Below, piece after piece: positions 48,188 to 57,830 of a stretch of 64,000 nt of DNA. The position numbers and the translations under genes are program-made. The notes under the pieces were generated by a model, which saw only the letters and a program-made list of their open reading frames with translations, was not told where the DNA came from and ran no database searches. The stretch spans positions 64,001 through 128,000 of the forward strand of contig JBCCHT010000016.1 in NCBI GenBank assembly GCA_039028615.1. Reading direction: 5' to 3'. This DNA comes from Myxococcota bacterium. Its GTDB lineage: Bacteria; Myxococcota_A; Polyangia; Nannocystales; Nannocystaceae. Position 1 is the first letter of the stretch; every line of letters starts with the position of its first letter.

Positions 48188-49690
48188 CAGCGAGGCCACG
48201 GGCCATGGCTCGGGGCCGCCGTCGGACGGGGAGGTCCGGCAGGCGCATCCCGAGCCTCCTTCGTCGTCCATGCCCGCGGAGCTCGTCGAGCCCGTCGTTG
48301 CCTCGTCCGAGTCCCCGGTGGTGGTCGTGTCGTCCGCTGGACCGTCGCCGCTGCCCGAGTCCGCCTCGGGTTCCTCGGGGATGGGGTCGATCTCGCAGGC
48401 CTCGACGTGCTCGAGCGGTCCCACGCAGACCCGAGCTCGGGTGGAGCTGTCGGCGACGACGGGGCGGCTGACGACGATCCAGTAGCCGCCCTCGGGTAGG
48501 TCTCCGGGGCCGACGGTGTGATGCCCGGCTTCGCTCGCCTCCCACTCGTCGATCGCGTCTCCGACCACGCCGTCCGCCGCGAAGTCGGCCACCGGGTGCA
48601 GGGAGAACACGGCGTGATCGAGGGCTTCGTCGGCACCGAATACGAGCGGGCCACCCTCGTGATCGATGCGCCAGTACTCGGTGCTCAGGGGAAAGAGCCG
48701 AAGGGAGCGATCGATGACCGGGCCTTCGACGATCGCGTCGATGCCCGGCAGCTGCGCCGCGTACTCGTGCGAGGTGGCCACGCCCGATCGTGGCCCGATG
48801 GCGAGGTTGAAGCGGGAGAAGACCGGCCACGCGTCGAGCAGCGGATCGCCCGAGTCTTCGAGCACGGTGGCCATGACCTGCTCGGGGGCGTCGTCGCTGT
48901 CGGCGAGCGCGACGAACAGGTCGATGAAGAAACCCTCGTCCAGGCGCTGATCGACGAAGTCCCACCACAGCGCGGAGCCGTAGGCGAAAGAGGGGACGGG
49001 ACCCAGCGGGGGTTCGTAGAGCGTGCGGTTGGGATTGATGAGGTAGCCCGCACACGCGTTGACGAAGTCGGGCAGGGTCGAGTCGTAGCGACGCGTGGCC
49101 CAGGTCGCGGTGCCTTCGCTGATCCAAACGGGAAGCCCGACATAGGCCGCCTGCACCGCATGGAACAGCTCGTGGGACGCCACGATTCGGACCGCGACCT
49201 CCGTGCTCGGGTAGCCATAGCCCGAAAAATCGTTCTCGAGCACGATGAAGCCCGAGCAAGGAAGGTTCGAGGGGGCGCAGTCGTCGGAGCCGTAGCGGCC
49301 ATCCGCGGCGCCCCCGAAGTCGACGAGGTACACGTCGATCGCCGCGTCGCCGCCGAGGTCCGGGTCGTCGGCCTCGGCGGTAGGCGCATCGAACCCGAAG
49401 TCGTCGACGTACAGGCCCAGCGCGTCGGCCGTGGTCGTGGCGACCAGCTGGGCGTAGTCGGGCACCATGTCGCCGTCGTTCGAGCTCAGCGGCGCCGAGT
49501 TGGGTCCTTCGACGCTGTAGTGCACGCGGACCTGCCCGGTCGGCTCGGCCCACGACTCGATGACGTCGGCGGGGTCGAAGCCCCAGATCCCTCCCGCGGG
49601 AGGCCGTGGTTCCGCCCTCGCGACACTCGGCCCCAGCCATGCCGCCAGCGAGAGTCCGCAGGCGAGGGTAGGGCGAGAGCGCAAGCGCAT
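48152..49690 (-). CDS. MXAN_6640-like zinc metalloprotease with MYXO-CTERM tail
   Basis: HELFH, WISEGTATW; C-terminal GCAC-hydrophobic-RRRVR. Confidence 0.85.
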   Translation of the reverse strand: MRLRSRPTLACGLSLAAWLGPSVARAEPRPPAGGIWGFDPADVIESWAEPTGQVRVHYSVEGPNSAPLSSNDGDMVPDYAQLVATTTADALGLYVDDFGFDAPTAEADDPDLGGDAAIDVYLVDFGGAADGRYGSDDCAPSNLPCSGFIVLENDFSGYGYPSTEVAVRIVASHELFHAVQAAYVGLPVWISEGTATWATRRYDSTLPDFVNACAGYLINPNRTLYEPPLGPVPSFAYGSALWWDFVDQRLDEGFFIDLFVALADSDDAPEQVMATVLEDSGDPLLDAWPVFSRFNLAIGPRSGVATSHEYAAQLPGIDAIVEGPVIDRSLRLFPLSTEYWRIDHEGGPLVFGADEALDHAVFSLHPVADFAADGVVGDAIDEWEASEAGHHTVGPGDLPEGGYWIVVSRPVVADSSTRARVCVGPLEHVEACEIDPIPEEPEADSGSGDGPADDTTTTGDSDEATTGSTSSAGMDDEGGSGCACRTSPSDGGPEPWPVASLLSLLVLRRRVR

Positions 49691-49696
49691 GAGGAT

Positions 49697-49715
49697 ATTG
49701 AAAATCATTATCGAC
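49697..49715. promoter_or_regulatory. Fur-family box 3
   Basis: ATTGAAAATCATTATCGAC, immediately upstream of the protease ATG at 49690. Confidence 0.65.
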
Positions 49716-51336
49716 TATTGTCAAGCGCGGACGTGGACGGCGTGGTCTTCAGCAGGCGTTCGACCTCGGCTGCGATCGCGTCGCCCTCCTCGGGCGTATA
49801 GCCGGCGTGGGTCGCGACGATGTTGCCCTGTGGTCCGACGATGAACGTAGTCGGCATCTTGGCCGGCTGCCAGCTGTCGGCGTGCCGTTGTTCGGTGTCG
49901 ACGATGATGGGGAACCCGACGCCGTGGCTTTCGACGAACTCCCGGGCGTCGCTTTGTTCCTCGTCCATGGAGACGCCGAGCACCACCAGGCCCTGGGCTC
50001 CGAGGCGCTCGTGCAGCTCTTGGAGCCGGGGCATGGCTTCGCGGCACGGACCGCACCACGATGCCCAAAAATCGACGACGACCACCTTGCCGCGGAGCTC
50101 GGCCAGGTTCAACGCGGTGCCGTCGAGGGTGACGCCTTCGAGTGGTGGAGCAGGGGCGAGCTTCTCTGGCTCTTGCTGCGTCGGTTCCGGGGGCGGCGGT
50201 GCGGCGGCGCGGGGCGGCCGTCGTCGGGCCTCCTCGGGTCCGCGGGCTCGGGGTCCGCGGATGGACAGGCCCACCGTCAACACGCGGAGACTGTCGTCCA
50301 CCGCGGCCGACCACCACGCCCCGCGTTCCGTGTAGCGCAGCGTGGCCCAGACCCCGCGACCGAGCCGAAGGTGCGCGCGTGCATCCAATGAAACGGCGAC
50401 GCCGAGGGTGTCGAGGCCGACCTGTCGGGCGTAGGGGTCGGGCACGACCAGCGCCAGTCCGGGGGCGATTCCGACGACGGCTCGATCGTCGCCCAGGTGC
50501 AGCACCAGGGGCGCTCGCACGCCGGCCGAGCCCACGCCGCGATTGCGTCCCACGCCCGAAGAGCCGCCGCCGAGGGCGGAGAAGCGCCCCATCACGCCGC
50601 CGCCGATCCACACGCGCACGGGCGTGTCGGGACCGACGCGGGTCATCGCGTCCAGGGCGAGGTCGAGCACCTGGCTGCGGATGGGTCGAGTGCGTTCGAA
50701 GCCGGGGCCACGCTCGACGACCCGGGCGGAGATGGTGCTCGCGTAGGTCATGGGCATGGCGAACGCGACGTCTCGCCGCCACCGTCGCTCGATCCACGGG
50801 GTCGCCCAGAGCTCGGCCGCCAGCCCCGGTCGCACGTCGAGCGACACCGGGCCCTCGGTCCACGCCGGACGTCGCATGCCGAGGCCCAAGCCCGCGCCGA
50901 CACGAAGCTCGAATCGACCCGGAGTGCGCGAGGGCGTCGAGGCGGGCTCGGGGGGCGTCGTCGATGAGCTCGGGGCGCGGTCGGTCGTGTCGGCGGACGG
51001 TGACTCGGCGTCGGGGCTCGAGCTGGCCTCGGTCTTTTCTGGCGCGGAGGCGTCGTCGTTCGAGTCGGGCTTGGATGGCTCGGAGTCGGGGTCGATCGTC
51101 TCCTGCTCGGAGGCTTCGCTCGACGATTCGTCGTCGTCCGAGTCGGGCTTCGACGCCTCGGAGTCGGGGTCGGCCGTCCGCGAGTCGGAGGCGTTGCTCG
51201 ACGGCTCGTCGTCGCCCGCTTCGGGCTCGAGGGTCTCGGAGTCGGTCTCCGTGGACTCGTCGCCATTGGGGGGCGGCTCGTCCGCGGATGGTGACATGGC
51301 GACCAACCACGCGCTGGCCGTCAGTCGAGCGATCAC
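49708..51336 (-). CDS. TlpA-family thiol-disulfide oxidoreductase fused to an N-terminal acidic linker and putative beta-barrel region
   Basis: C-terminal VVDFWASWCGPC...MPTTFIV; GTG start overlaps the DUF3570 stop. Confidence 0.75.
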   Translation of the reverse strand: MIARLTASAWLVAMSPSADEPPPNGDESTETDSETLEPEAGDDEPSSNASDSRTADPDSEASKPDSDDDESSSEASEQETIDPDSEPSKPDSNDDASAPEKTEASSSPDAESPSADTTDRAPSSSTTPPEPASTPSRTPGRFELRVGAGLGLGMRRPAWTEGPVSLDVRPGLAAELWATPWIERRWRRDVAFAMPMTYASTISARVVERGPGFERTRPIRSQVLDLALDAMTRVGPDTPVRVWIGGGVMGRFSALGGGSSGVGRNRGVGSAGVRAPLVLHLGDDRAVVGIAPGLALVVPDPYARQVGLDTLGVAVSLDARAHLRLGRGVWATLRYTERGAWWSAAVDDSLRVLTVGLSIRGPRARGPEEARRRPPRAAAPPPPEPTQQEPEKLAPAPPLEGVTLDGTALNLAELRGKVVVVDFWASWCGPCREAMPRLQELHERLGAQGLVVLGVSMDEEQSDAREFVESHGVGFPIIVDTEQRHADSWQPAKMPTTFIVGPQGNIVATHAGYTPEEGDAIAAEVERLLKTTPSTSALDNSR

Positions 51337-52430
51337 AGGGAAACTCCCAGGCTCGCGGTGAGCTCGAGCGCGGTCACGGCATCGAGCCCCACGAACGCGC
51401 GGTAGCCATAGTGACCCACCGCGGCCAACCCTCCGACGTTGAGCACCACGGAGTCGCTCACGGGCCAGCGGCCATCGAACATGGCGCCGCCGCGCACGTT
51501 CCACATCGGCGACAGCTCGCGGTCGCGGGTCACCCAGCCTTGCGAGGGCACCGAGGGGTAGGCCACGCGGTAAAAGTCCGCACCGCCTTGGGTGTAGCCG
51601 CGGCCTTCGAGGCCGAGGGTGATGGTCGGGGTGGGCCGCACGCGTACGTCGAGCTGGGCCGTGTGCCCCAGCACGCCCCAGCTGTCTGCGTACAGGCGAT
51701 AGGCCCCGCCCATCGACCAGCGCGAGCTCAAGGCCTGACGGAGCCGAGCGACCCCGGCGACTCGCAGGCGTCGTCCCGGGTGTTGCTCGGGGATGCACAG
51801 CCCGACCGCGTCGGCGCACACGCCCGAGGCCCCCAGCGAGACCCAGCGGTAGGGGCTGGCGAGGTAGCCCCACTGTCCGCGGACCTCGGCCGAGGCCTGG
51901 GCGAGGGTGGTGGGCGTGAGCACGTGCGTGTAGCCGAAGTACAGCCCGCCGTAGCCGATGGTGCGGCGGAACCCGGGGTCGCCCGCACGCCCCACGATGT
52001 CGCCGCCAGCAAAGGCTCGAGCATCGAAGGTCACCGTGCGCTGGAGCGCGTCCGCCTTCACCGACACCGCGCCGCTGTTGGACAGGTAGTCGTTCTCGTG
52101 GGAGATGCGATAGCCGACGGTCGCGACCCCCATCGACCAGTCGCGGTCGAGGCCGAGCCCGACCTCGTCGCGCTGCTCGTGAACCACGGGCGAGGCGGCC
52201 GTGCGCACGTCGATGGATGCGCTGCTCCACGCGTCCATGGCGTAGACCACGTCGACGTGGCTGTGTTCGTCGACGATCGGTGCCCGCACCCTCACTCGCG
52301 GCGAGATCACCGTGGTGTGGTCGGTGTCCGCGCGCACGTACAGGCTCGCCGCGGCCTCGTAGCGCTCGGGCTCCGCCTCGGGGGCCAGCCACGCCACCAC
52401 GGCCACCAGCCACATGTGAAAGAGCTTCAC
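51333..52430 (-). CDS. DUF3570-like outer-membrane protein
   Basis: D..SSAS.D..T.AS, S.ENDY.S, GYL.SPYR, E.HP..R.R, YRLY.DSWGV..HT, Y.Q..ADFY, T.D.ELS. Confidence 0.8.
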   Translation of the reverse strand: MKLFHMWLVAVVAWLAPEAEPERYEAAASLYVRADTDHTTVISPRVRVRAPIVDEHSHVDVVYAMDAWSSASIDVRTAASPVVHEQRDEVGLGLDRDWSMGVATVGYRISHENDYLSNSGAVSVKADALQRTVTFDARAFAGGDIVGRAGDPGFRRTIGYGGLYFGYTHVLTPTTLAQASAEVRGQWGYLASPYRWVSLGASGVCADAVGLCIPEQHPGRRLRVAGVARLRQALSSRWSMGGAYRLYADSWGVLGHTAQLDVRVRPTPTITLGLEGRGYTQGGADFYRVAYPSVPSQGWVTRDRELSPMWNVRGGAMFDGRWPVSDSVVLNVGGLAAVGHYGYRAFVGLDAVTALELTASLGVSL

Positions 52431-52477
52431 CGTCTTCGTCCCCGATGTGGCCTCGCCACGGAGCCGACTAGACCCTC

Positions 52478-52496
52478 ATTGAAAAAGATAATCAAG
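52478..52496. promoter_or_regulatory. Fur-family box 4 (divergent promoter)
   Basis: ATTGAAAAAGATAATCAAG between divergent genes. Confidence 0.55.
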
Positions 52497-52516
52497 TTCG
52501 ATAATTGCTTCAGCTC

Positions 52517-52981
52517 GTGGGAGACGTCGTTACCCGGTGGGCGCTCGGGCTGACTCTCGTGGCCGCCGTCGGTGGTTGCGACGACGTCGAGGACGCCTCG
52601 GTGCCCGCGCCCGACTACGACGCGTTCGAGCGCGACGTGTATCCCATCTTGTTGCGAGACTGCGGGTTCCCGGCGTGCCACGGCAACGAGGGGCGCCCCT
52701 TTCGAGTGTACGGTCCGGGGCGCTTGCGGCTGTCCGAGGAGTCCGAGGCCGACGATCCGCCGACCAACGACGAGGTGTGGCTGTCCTATCAGCGCACGCG
52801 CTCGATGTTGGTGACCAGCGAGCCCATCGAGGCGTCGTTGTTGTTGCGGAAGGTGTTGCCCGAAGGAGGGCACCGCGGGGTCGATGCGCTCGGGCGCTCC
52901 GTGTACCCCGATGCGCTCGACGAGTCCTACCTGATCCTCGCGCGCTGGGCGGCCGGAGAGCTGAGGTACGGAGACCAATGA
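52517..52981 (+). CDS. Lipoprotein with CxxxxCH motif
   Basis: AVGGC lipobox; 'F..DVYPIL..DCGFPACHG', 'SLLLRK.L..GGH.G'. Confidence 0.7.
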   Translation: MGDVVTRWALGLTLVAAVGGCDDVEDASVPAPDYDAFERDVYPILLRDCGFPACHGNEGRPFRVYGPGRLRLSEESEADDPPTNDEVWLSYQRTRSMLVTSEPIEASLLLRKVLPEGGHRGVDALGRSVYPDALDESYLILARWAAGELRYGDQ

Positions 52982-53682
52982 TCCACCGCGGACACTGGTT
53001 CGTGCTCGTGTTCGTCGTGCTGTGCATGGCCGGGTTCTCCACGCCGGCGTTGTTCGGCGAGCCCGCCACGGCAGGTGGCGGAGGCGGCCGCTACTTCACC
53101 GGCTCGGCCCGCGATGGCTTCGGCTGCGACGTCTGCCACGAGGGCAGCCTCGGCACGGGCGTCGAGGTCACGGGCCTGCCCGAGGTGTGGCGGCCCGACG
53201 CGACGTACACGTTGGAGCTGCGGTGGGCGGCGGAGCTGGGCACCGCGTCGTTCGTGGGCGAGGTGGTCGACGACGAGGGGCGCGGCATGGGCACGATGGC
53301 CACCCCGCCGCCCAGCGAAGTCCTGGCCGACGAGCGCTGCGCCAGCGGCACCCTGGCCGTTCGCTTGCAGGAACTGCCCGAGGACGAGCGTGCGGTGTTC
53401 ACCATGCCCGCGTGTGGAGCCACGCGAGCGCGGGTGCAGTGGACGGCGCCCGACTTCGACGAGGGGTCGGCGTGGGTCCACATCGGCTTCGTCCACGGCG
53501 ACGACTCGAGCTCGCCCCAGGGCGACCGGGTCCAGATGATCTCCCACGAGCTGCCTTCGGTCGCGACCCGCGAGGCTGGCTGTCGAGTGGGCACGGGATC
53601 GCGTTCGACGGTGGGCATGGGGTTGCTCGCTTGGCTCTGCCTACTCGGCTTGGGCTGGCCTCGGACCAGGAGACGACGATGA
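52978..53682 (+). CDS. Secreted CxxCH/Reeler-like protein with MYXO-CTERM tail
   Basis: CDVCH, 'VQWTAP', C-terminal GCRV-hydrophobic-RRRR; ATGA coupling on both sides. Confidence 0.65.
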   Translation: MIHRGHWFVLVFVVLCMAGFSTPALFGEPATAGGGGGRYFTGSARDGFGCDVCHEGSLGTGVEVTGLPEVWRPDATYTLELRWAAELGTASFVGEVVDDEGRGMGTMATPPPSEVLADERCASGTLAVRLQELPEDERAVFTMPACGATRARVQWTAPDFDEGSAWVHIGFVHGDDSSSPQGDRVQMISHELPSVATREAGCRVGTGSRSTVGMGLLAWLCLLGLGWPRTRRRR

Positions 53683-54782
53683 CCGGGATCTGGACCCGCC
53701 CCGCGGGGCGCTACTTCACCAACGGCGGTGACACCAAGCTCGCGCGACTCCTTCGCCACTACGAATGGACGGAGACGCCGCAGGCCAACGACGCGGACCT
53801 GCTGCTGCTCGGCTCGCCCCGCCACTTGTCGGAAGTGACCCGTCGCCCGAACCAGCGGGTGGACTGCGTCGCGGGGACCGAGCAGCTCACCCACAAGGCC
53901 AACCTCGCGCGCCTGTTGCGGGCCGATCCGCGCACGGCGGCTCTTCAACCCGAGACCTATCTCGTCGACGAGAGTCCGCTGGAGCGCGCGCGCCTGGCCG
54001 AGCGAGCCCGGGCCGAGCCCGACGCCGTATGGATCCGCAAGCCCGTGGCGCGGGGGCGTGGCATCGGGGTGCAAGTGCTGACCGACGTCGAGGGCTTCCT
54101 GCGCGAGTCGGCCGAGCGAGCCCATGGCTCCGAGCTGGTGCAGCGCTACATCGAGCAGCCGCTGTTGCTCGAGGGGACGAAATCGGAGGTGCGGTCGTAT
54201 GTGCTGGTCGCGAGCACCGATCCCCTGCTCGTGCTCTATCACGACGGCACGGTGCGCCTGACCAGCTTGCCCTACGAGACTGGCGATTGGTCCAACCCGC
54301 TGCGACATGTGACCAATACCTACCGGCAGAAGGAGGCCTCGGCGTCGCTGTGGAGCGAGCGTGGCGACGCCCTCAAGTGGACGCTGGGGCGCCTGGGGCA
54401 GGATGTGCACGCCCGCGGCCTCACCGATGACCCACAGTGGATCGATCGTCGCCTGCGACCCGCGCTCATCGGCATGCTGCACCAGGTCTTCGCGGTCGCG
54501 GCTCCGCACCTGCGGCCGCAACCCGGTGCCTTCCAGCTGCTGGGTATGGACACGATCATCGAGGGCGACCTCGAGAAGTTGTGGCTCACCGAGATCCAGC
54601 TCGGGCCCGGGTTGTCGATCGACAATCCGGTCAAGGCCACGTTGATCCCGTCGATGCTGCAGGAAGCGGTCTCGATCGCCCTGGAGGTCCACGACCGGAT
54701 CGAGGCGGGGCTCGATCCCACCGAGCTGAGCAGTCGTCGGCACTTCCGCTGGGTCTATCGCGGGCAGCCGGTCACGGGCTGA
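53679..54782 (+). CDS. Tubulin-tyrosine-ligase-like ATP-grasp ligase
   Basis: WIRKP...RG.G, VQRYIEQPLLLEG.K..VRSYVLV, HVTN, FQLLGMD, WLTEIQ..P. Confidence 0.85.
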   Translation: MTGIWTRPAGRYFTNGGDTKLARLLRHYEWTETPQANDADLLLLGSPRHLSEVTRRPNQRVDCVAGTEQLTHKANLARLLRADPRTAALQPETYLVDESPLERARLAERARAEPDAVWIRKPVARGRGIGVQVLTDVEGFLRESAERAHGSELVQRYIEQPLLLEGTKSEVRSYVLVASTDPLLVLYHDGTVRLTSLPYETGDWSNPLRHVTNTYRQKEASASLWSERGDALKWTLGRLGQDVHARGLTDDPQWIDRRLRPALIGMLHQVFAVAAPHLRPQPGAFQLLGMDTIIEGDLEKLWLTEIQLGPGLSIDNPVKATLIPSMLQEAVSIALEVHDRIEAGLDPTELSSRRHFRWVYRGQPVTG

Positions 54783-56919
54783 GCGCGTCGGTGATTCGAT
54801 CGACGAGCACGGGGACGTCGTCGTCGCTCACGCCGACCAGCCCGATGCGAAACTGCTGGGGGTCGTCGCTCGCGGCCGGGTACAGCTCGATGCCCTGGCC
54901 GCGGAGGCCTTCGATCAACGTCGCGGCCGGGATCTCGGCGCATCGCATGGCCAGCACGAGCGGCATCCGATGGGGGGCCTCGACGACGGGTCGAACACCC
55001 ACCGCGGACAGGCCCTCGACGATGGCGAGGGACCGCCGCCGATAGGCCGCCCCGCGTGCCGCCGGACCGCCCTCGGCCGACAGCTCCTCGAGCGCCACGT
55101 CCAGCGCCCGGATGGCCCCGGTCGCGCTGGTGAACGGACTCTGCCCGTCCTGCTCGAGGCGTCGCCAGTGAGCGGCGAGGTCCAGGGTTGCGCTCGGGCC
55201 TCCGGGAGCGGCCTCGAGCAGCGAGCTCCGGGTGAACACCAAGCCGAGACCGGCCGGGCCGTGGAGACCCTTGGCGGCGGAGGCAAAGGCGACGTCGATG
55301 CCCAGGGCGGGAAGATCGATCGGGGTCAGCCCCAGCGAACCCACGATGTCCACCGCCATCGCCACGCCGTGACGCCGAGCGACGGCGGCGATCGACTCGA
55401 TGGGGTGCAGGACGCCGGTCGAGGTCTCCGCGTGCACGAAGGCCAGCCACTGAAGGCCGGGTTTTGCGGTCAGGGCGTGGTCGATCACCGCAGGGTCGAC
55501 CGGGCGATCCCGCGGGACCTCGACGGGCACGACTTCGTGGCCCCAGCGGCGAGCCATGGCCGCGATGCGGGCCCCGTAGCGCCCGGCGACGACCACCGCG
55601 ATGCGCCGCTGCGTGGGGAGCAGCGAGCCCACGATCGCATCGAGGGCCGAGGTGGCGCTCCCCGCCAGCGGCACGCAGGCGTAGTCGTCGTCGGCGACCA
55701 TCTCGACCAAGGTCCGTCGAACCCGCGCGGTGCTCTGCGTCTGAGCCTCCGAGCGGGAGCCGACTTCGCGGCCCATCGCGCGCTGTGCAGCCAGCGAGAG
55801 TCGGCCGGGACCCGGAGTGAACAGCCGCGGGCCGACGGCCGAGCCCGGCTCGGTCGCGACGTCCCTGCGGGAGCCGGGTCGCGGCGGCACGGGGTCGGCG
55901 TGTGCTTCGATCTCGACATGCACGAGGGCAGGCCCGGGACGGGGATCGACGAGCGCGGCTTCCAGCTGGGTCGCGTCGGATACGGAGACCCCGCGACGGT
56001 AGCCGAGCGCCCGCCCCAGCGCGGCCCGATCGCTTCGACCCCATGGCGTGGACGTTCCCCCGACCGACTCGTGGCAGCCGTTGTCGAGCACCACGTGGAC
56101 GAAGTTCATGGGGGCTCGTCCCGCACTCACCACGGCCGAGCCCAGGTGCATGAGCGCCGCGCCGTCTCCTTCGATGCACACGACGGGGCGGGCGGGCTCG
56201 GCGAGCGCCAAGCCGAGGGCGAATGAGATGCCGTGGCCCATGCCTCCCGCGGCGAGCACGTCGTCGGCCGGCTCTGGGCGACGCGAAGCGAGTTCGCGTC
56301 CGACGTAGCCGACGCCCGCCACGAGACGCGCCCGCGGATCGATGACCCGTACGAGCGTGGCAATGGCGTCGCCCCGACCGAAGCCGTCTCGCTGGGGTCG
56401 CGGGGGCACGGTGAACGTGCCCGGGGTCACCAGTAGCGCGGTGGAGCGGCCATCGGCGTCGAGTCGGCGATACGCTTCGGCGACGGCATCGTCGATCCCC
56501 GCCGGGTCGCGAGGGAGACGATGGACCCGGAGCCCCGCCTGATGGCACATCGCTTCGGTGTACTCGCCGTGCCAGCGATGATGGGCGACGTCGGGCACCT
56601 CGGGGTGACCGCGCCATCCCACGATCCAGGGCACGGCCGCATCGAGCACGTCGGGGCCGACCAGTGACCCGTGCGCATCGATGGCGATCCCCAGGCCCGT
56701 GTTCTGCAAGTACACGGCCGCTCGCACTCCGCCCCGTCGCAAACCACTGGCCAGGGCGACCGCGCCGCCTTCGTTGGCGGCCACGATATGCCGAGCGCCC
56801 GTCGCAGCGAACCGTTCACCGAGCTGCGGCAGGGTGGAGTCGGGCACGCCCACCAGCGCCTCCACGCGGGCGTTGGCCAGGGCCTCGACCAGGGCGCCGA
56901 TATCGACCGAGGGGATCAT
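54772..56919 (-). CDS. Fusion: phosphonopyruvate decarboxylase + 2-aminoethylphosphonate transaminase
   Basis: N-terminal half GVPDS, ANEG.AVA, YLQN.GLG, GGMGH, GDGAALMHLG, DNG.HESVGG. C-terminal half LFTPGP, HAETSTG, SAAKGL.G.AG, FRIG. Confidence 0.88.
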   Translation of the reverse strand: MIPSVDIGALVEALANARVEALVGVPDSTLPQLGERFAATGARHIVAANEGGAVALASGLRRGGVRAAVYLQNTGLGIAIDAHGSLVGPDVLDAAVPWIVGWRGHPEVPDVAHHRWHGEYTEAMCHQAGLRVHRLPRDPAGIDDAVAEAYRRLDADGRSTALLVTPGTFTVPPRPQRDGFGRGDAIATLVRVIDPRARLVAGVGYVGRELASRRPEPADDVLAAGGMGHGISFALGLALAEPARPVVCIEGDGAALMHLGSAVVSAGRAPMNFVHVVLDNGCHESVGGTSTPWGRSDRAALGRALGYRRGVSVSDATQLEAALVDPRPGPALVHVEIEAHADPVPPRPGSRRDVATEPGSAVGPRLFTPGPGRLSLAAQRAMGREVGSRSEAQTQSTARVRRTLVEMVADDDYACVPLAGSATSALDAIVGSLLPTQRRIAVVVAGRYGARIAAMARRWGHEVVPVEVPRDRPVDPAVIDHALTAKPGLQWLAFVHAETSTGVLHPIESIAAVARRHGVAMAVDIVGSLGLTPIDLPALGIDVAFASAAKGLHGPAGLGLVFTRSSLLEAAPGGPSATLDLAAHWRRLEQDGQSPFTSATGAIRALDVALEELSAEGGPAARGAAYRRRSLAIVEGLSAVGVRPVVEAPHRMPLVLAMRCAEIPAATLIEGLRGQGIELYPAASDDPQQFRIGLVGVSDDDVPVLVDRITDALSP

Positions 56920-57830
56920 TGTTGGTCGATGAAGCGCAGCAGATCGGCGAAGGGCACACAGTCCGATTCCACCGCGTCGGCTCGGCCCTCTCGAAGGAGG
57001 GTCTGCGCCGTGTGCTGCATCGTCGCCAGTGCGGCTCGCAGCAGTTGGTTGGCGTACACCACCACGTCGATCCCCGCCTCGACCAGCTGCTCTTCGTGGG
57101 CATCGGGATAGCCGGTCGGCACCGCGAAGAGCGGGACTCGGATGTCGCTGGCTCGACAGCGGCGAGCCACCTCGAGCACCGGATCCGCGCTCGGGCCTCG
57201 GCCGTGGATGAGCAGCGCGTCGGCCCCCGCTCCCACGTATGCGTGGGCTCGCTCGAGCGCCGCCTCCACCGATTCCCCACGCAGCAGAGACTCGATACGG
57301 GCGACGACCAGCGGTCCATGGGGAGGCCGAGCCGCGACGGCGGCTTGGAGCTTGGTGCAGAACGAGGCGATGCTCGCGGCGGGCTGGTGCACGTCGGCGG
57401 CCGCTTCCAACGAATTGCGCTTGCGCCCCGCTTTGTCTTCGAACACGACGGCCGCGACGCCTAGCCGAGCCAGCCGCCGCACGAGACCAGCGGCTTGCTC
57501 GGGCCACCCCCCCGTGTCGCCGTCGAACACGGCCGGCAGGGGCGAAGCATCGAGAGTCCACGCCAGCGAGGCGAGCCGCGAGCCCAGGTCGACCATCTCT
57601 TCGTCGGGCTGAGCCCGCGTCGCGGAGTCGGCGAGGCTGCCGACCCACAAACCATCGAAGCGCCGCTGTTGCGGCCCGTTTCCCACGACCGCGGTCGCGG
57701 CGACGCGAGCCGAGAGTCCATCGTGGGCTTGGAGGAGCCGCAGAGGCCGTGGTCCCTCGGCCAGCCGACGGCGCAACGCCGCGGCGCCCGAGATGTGCTC
57801 ATTCGCCGGTGGCGGCGTCGTCGTCGTCAT
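56916..57830 (-). CDS. pepM: Phosphoenolpyruvate mutase
   Basis: AHDGLSA, DGDTGG, EDKAGRKRNS (EDKxxxxxNS signature), ARIES, GADALLIH, YANQLLR. Start is 57830 or 57842. Confidence 0.92.
   Translation of the reverse strand: MTTTTPPPANEHISGAAALRRRLAEGPRPLRLLQAHDGLSARVAATAVVGNGPQQRRFDGLWVGSLADSATRAQPDEEMVDLGSRLASLAWTLDASPLPAVFDGDTGGWPEQAAGLVRRLARLGVAAVVFEDKAGRKRNSLEAAADVHQPAASIASFCTKLQAAVAARPPHGPLVVARIESLLRGESVEAALERAHAYVGAGADALLIHGRGPSADPVLEVARRCRASDIRVPLFAVPTGYPDAHEEQLVEAGIDVVVYANQLLRAALATMQHTAQTLLREGRADAVESDCVPFADLLRFIDQQ

Noticed and set aside
49708..52413. 901-aa ORF as one protein
   Set aside because: Its N-terminal part overlaps the DUF3570 gene in another frame and is Arg-rich junk; the start was reassigned to 51336.
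54772..57648. 958-aa ORF as a PepM-Ppd-transaminase triple fusion
   Set aside because: pepM is in a different frame and ends at an ATGA overlap at 56916-56919.
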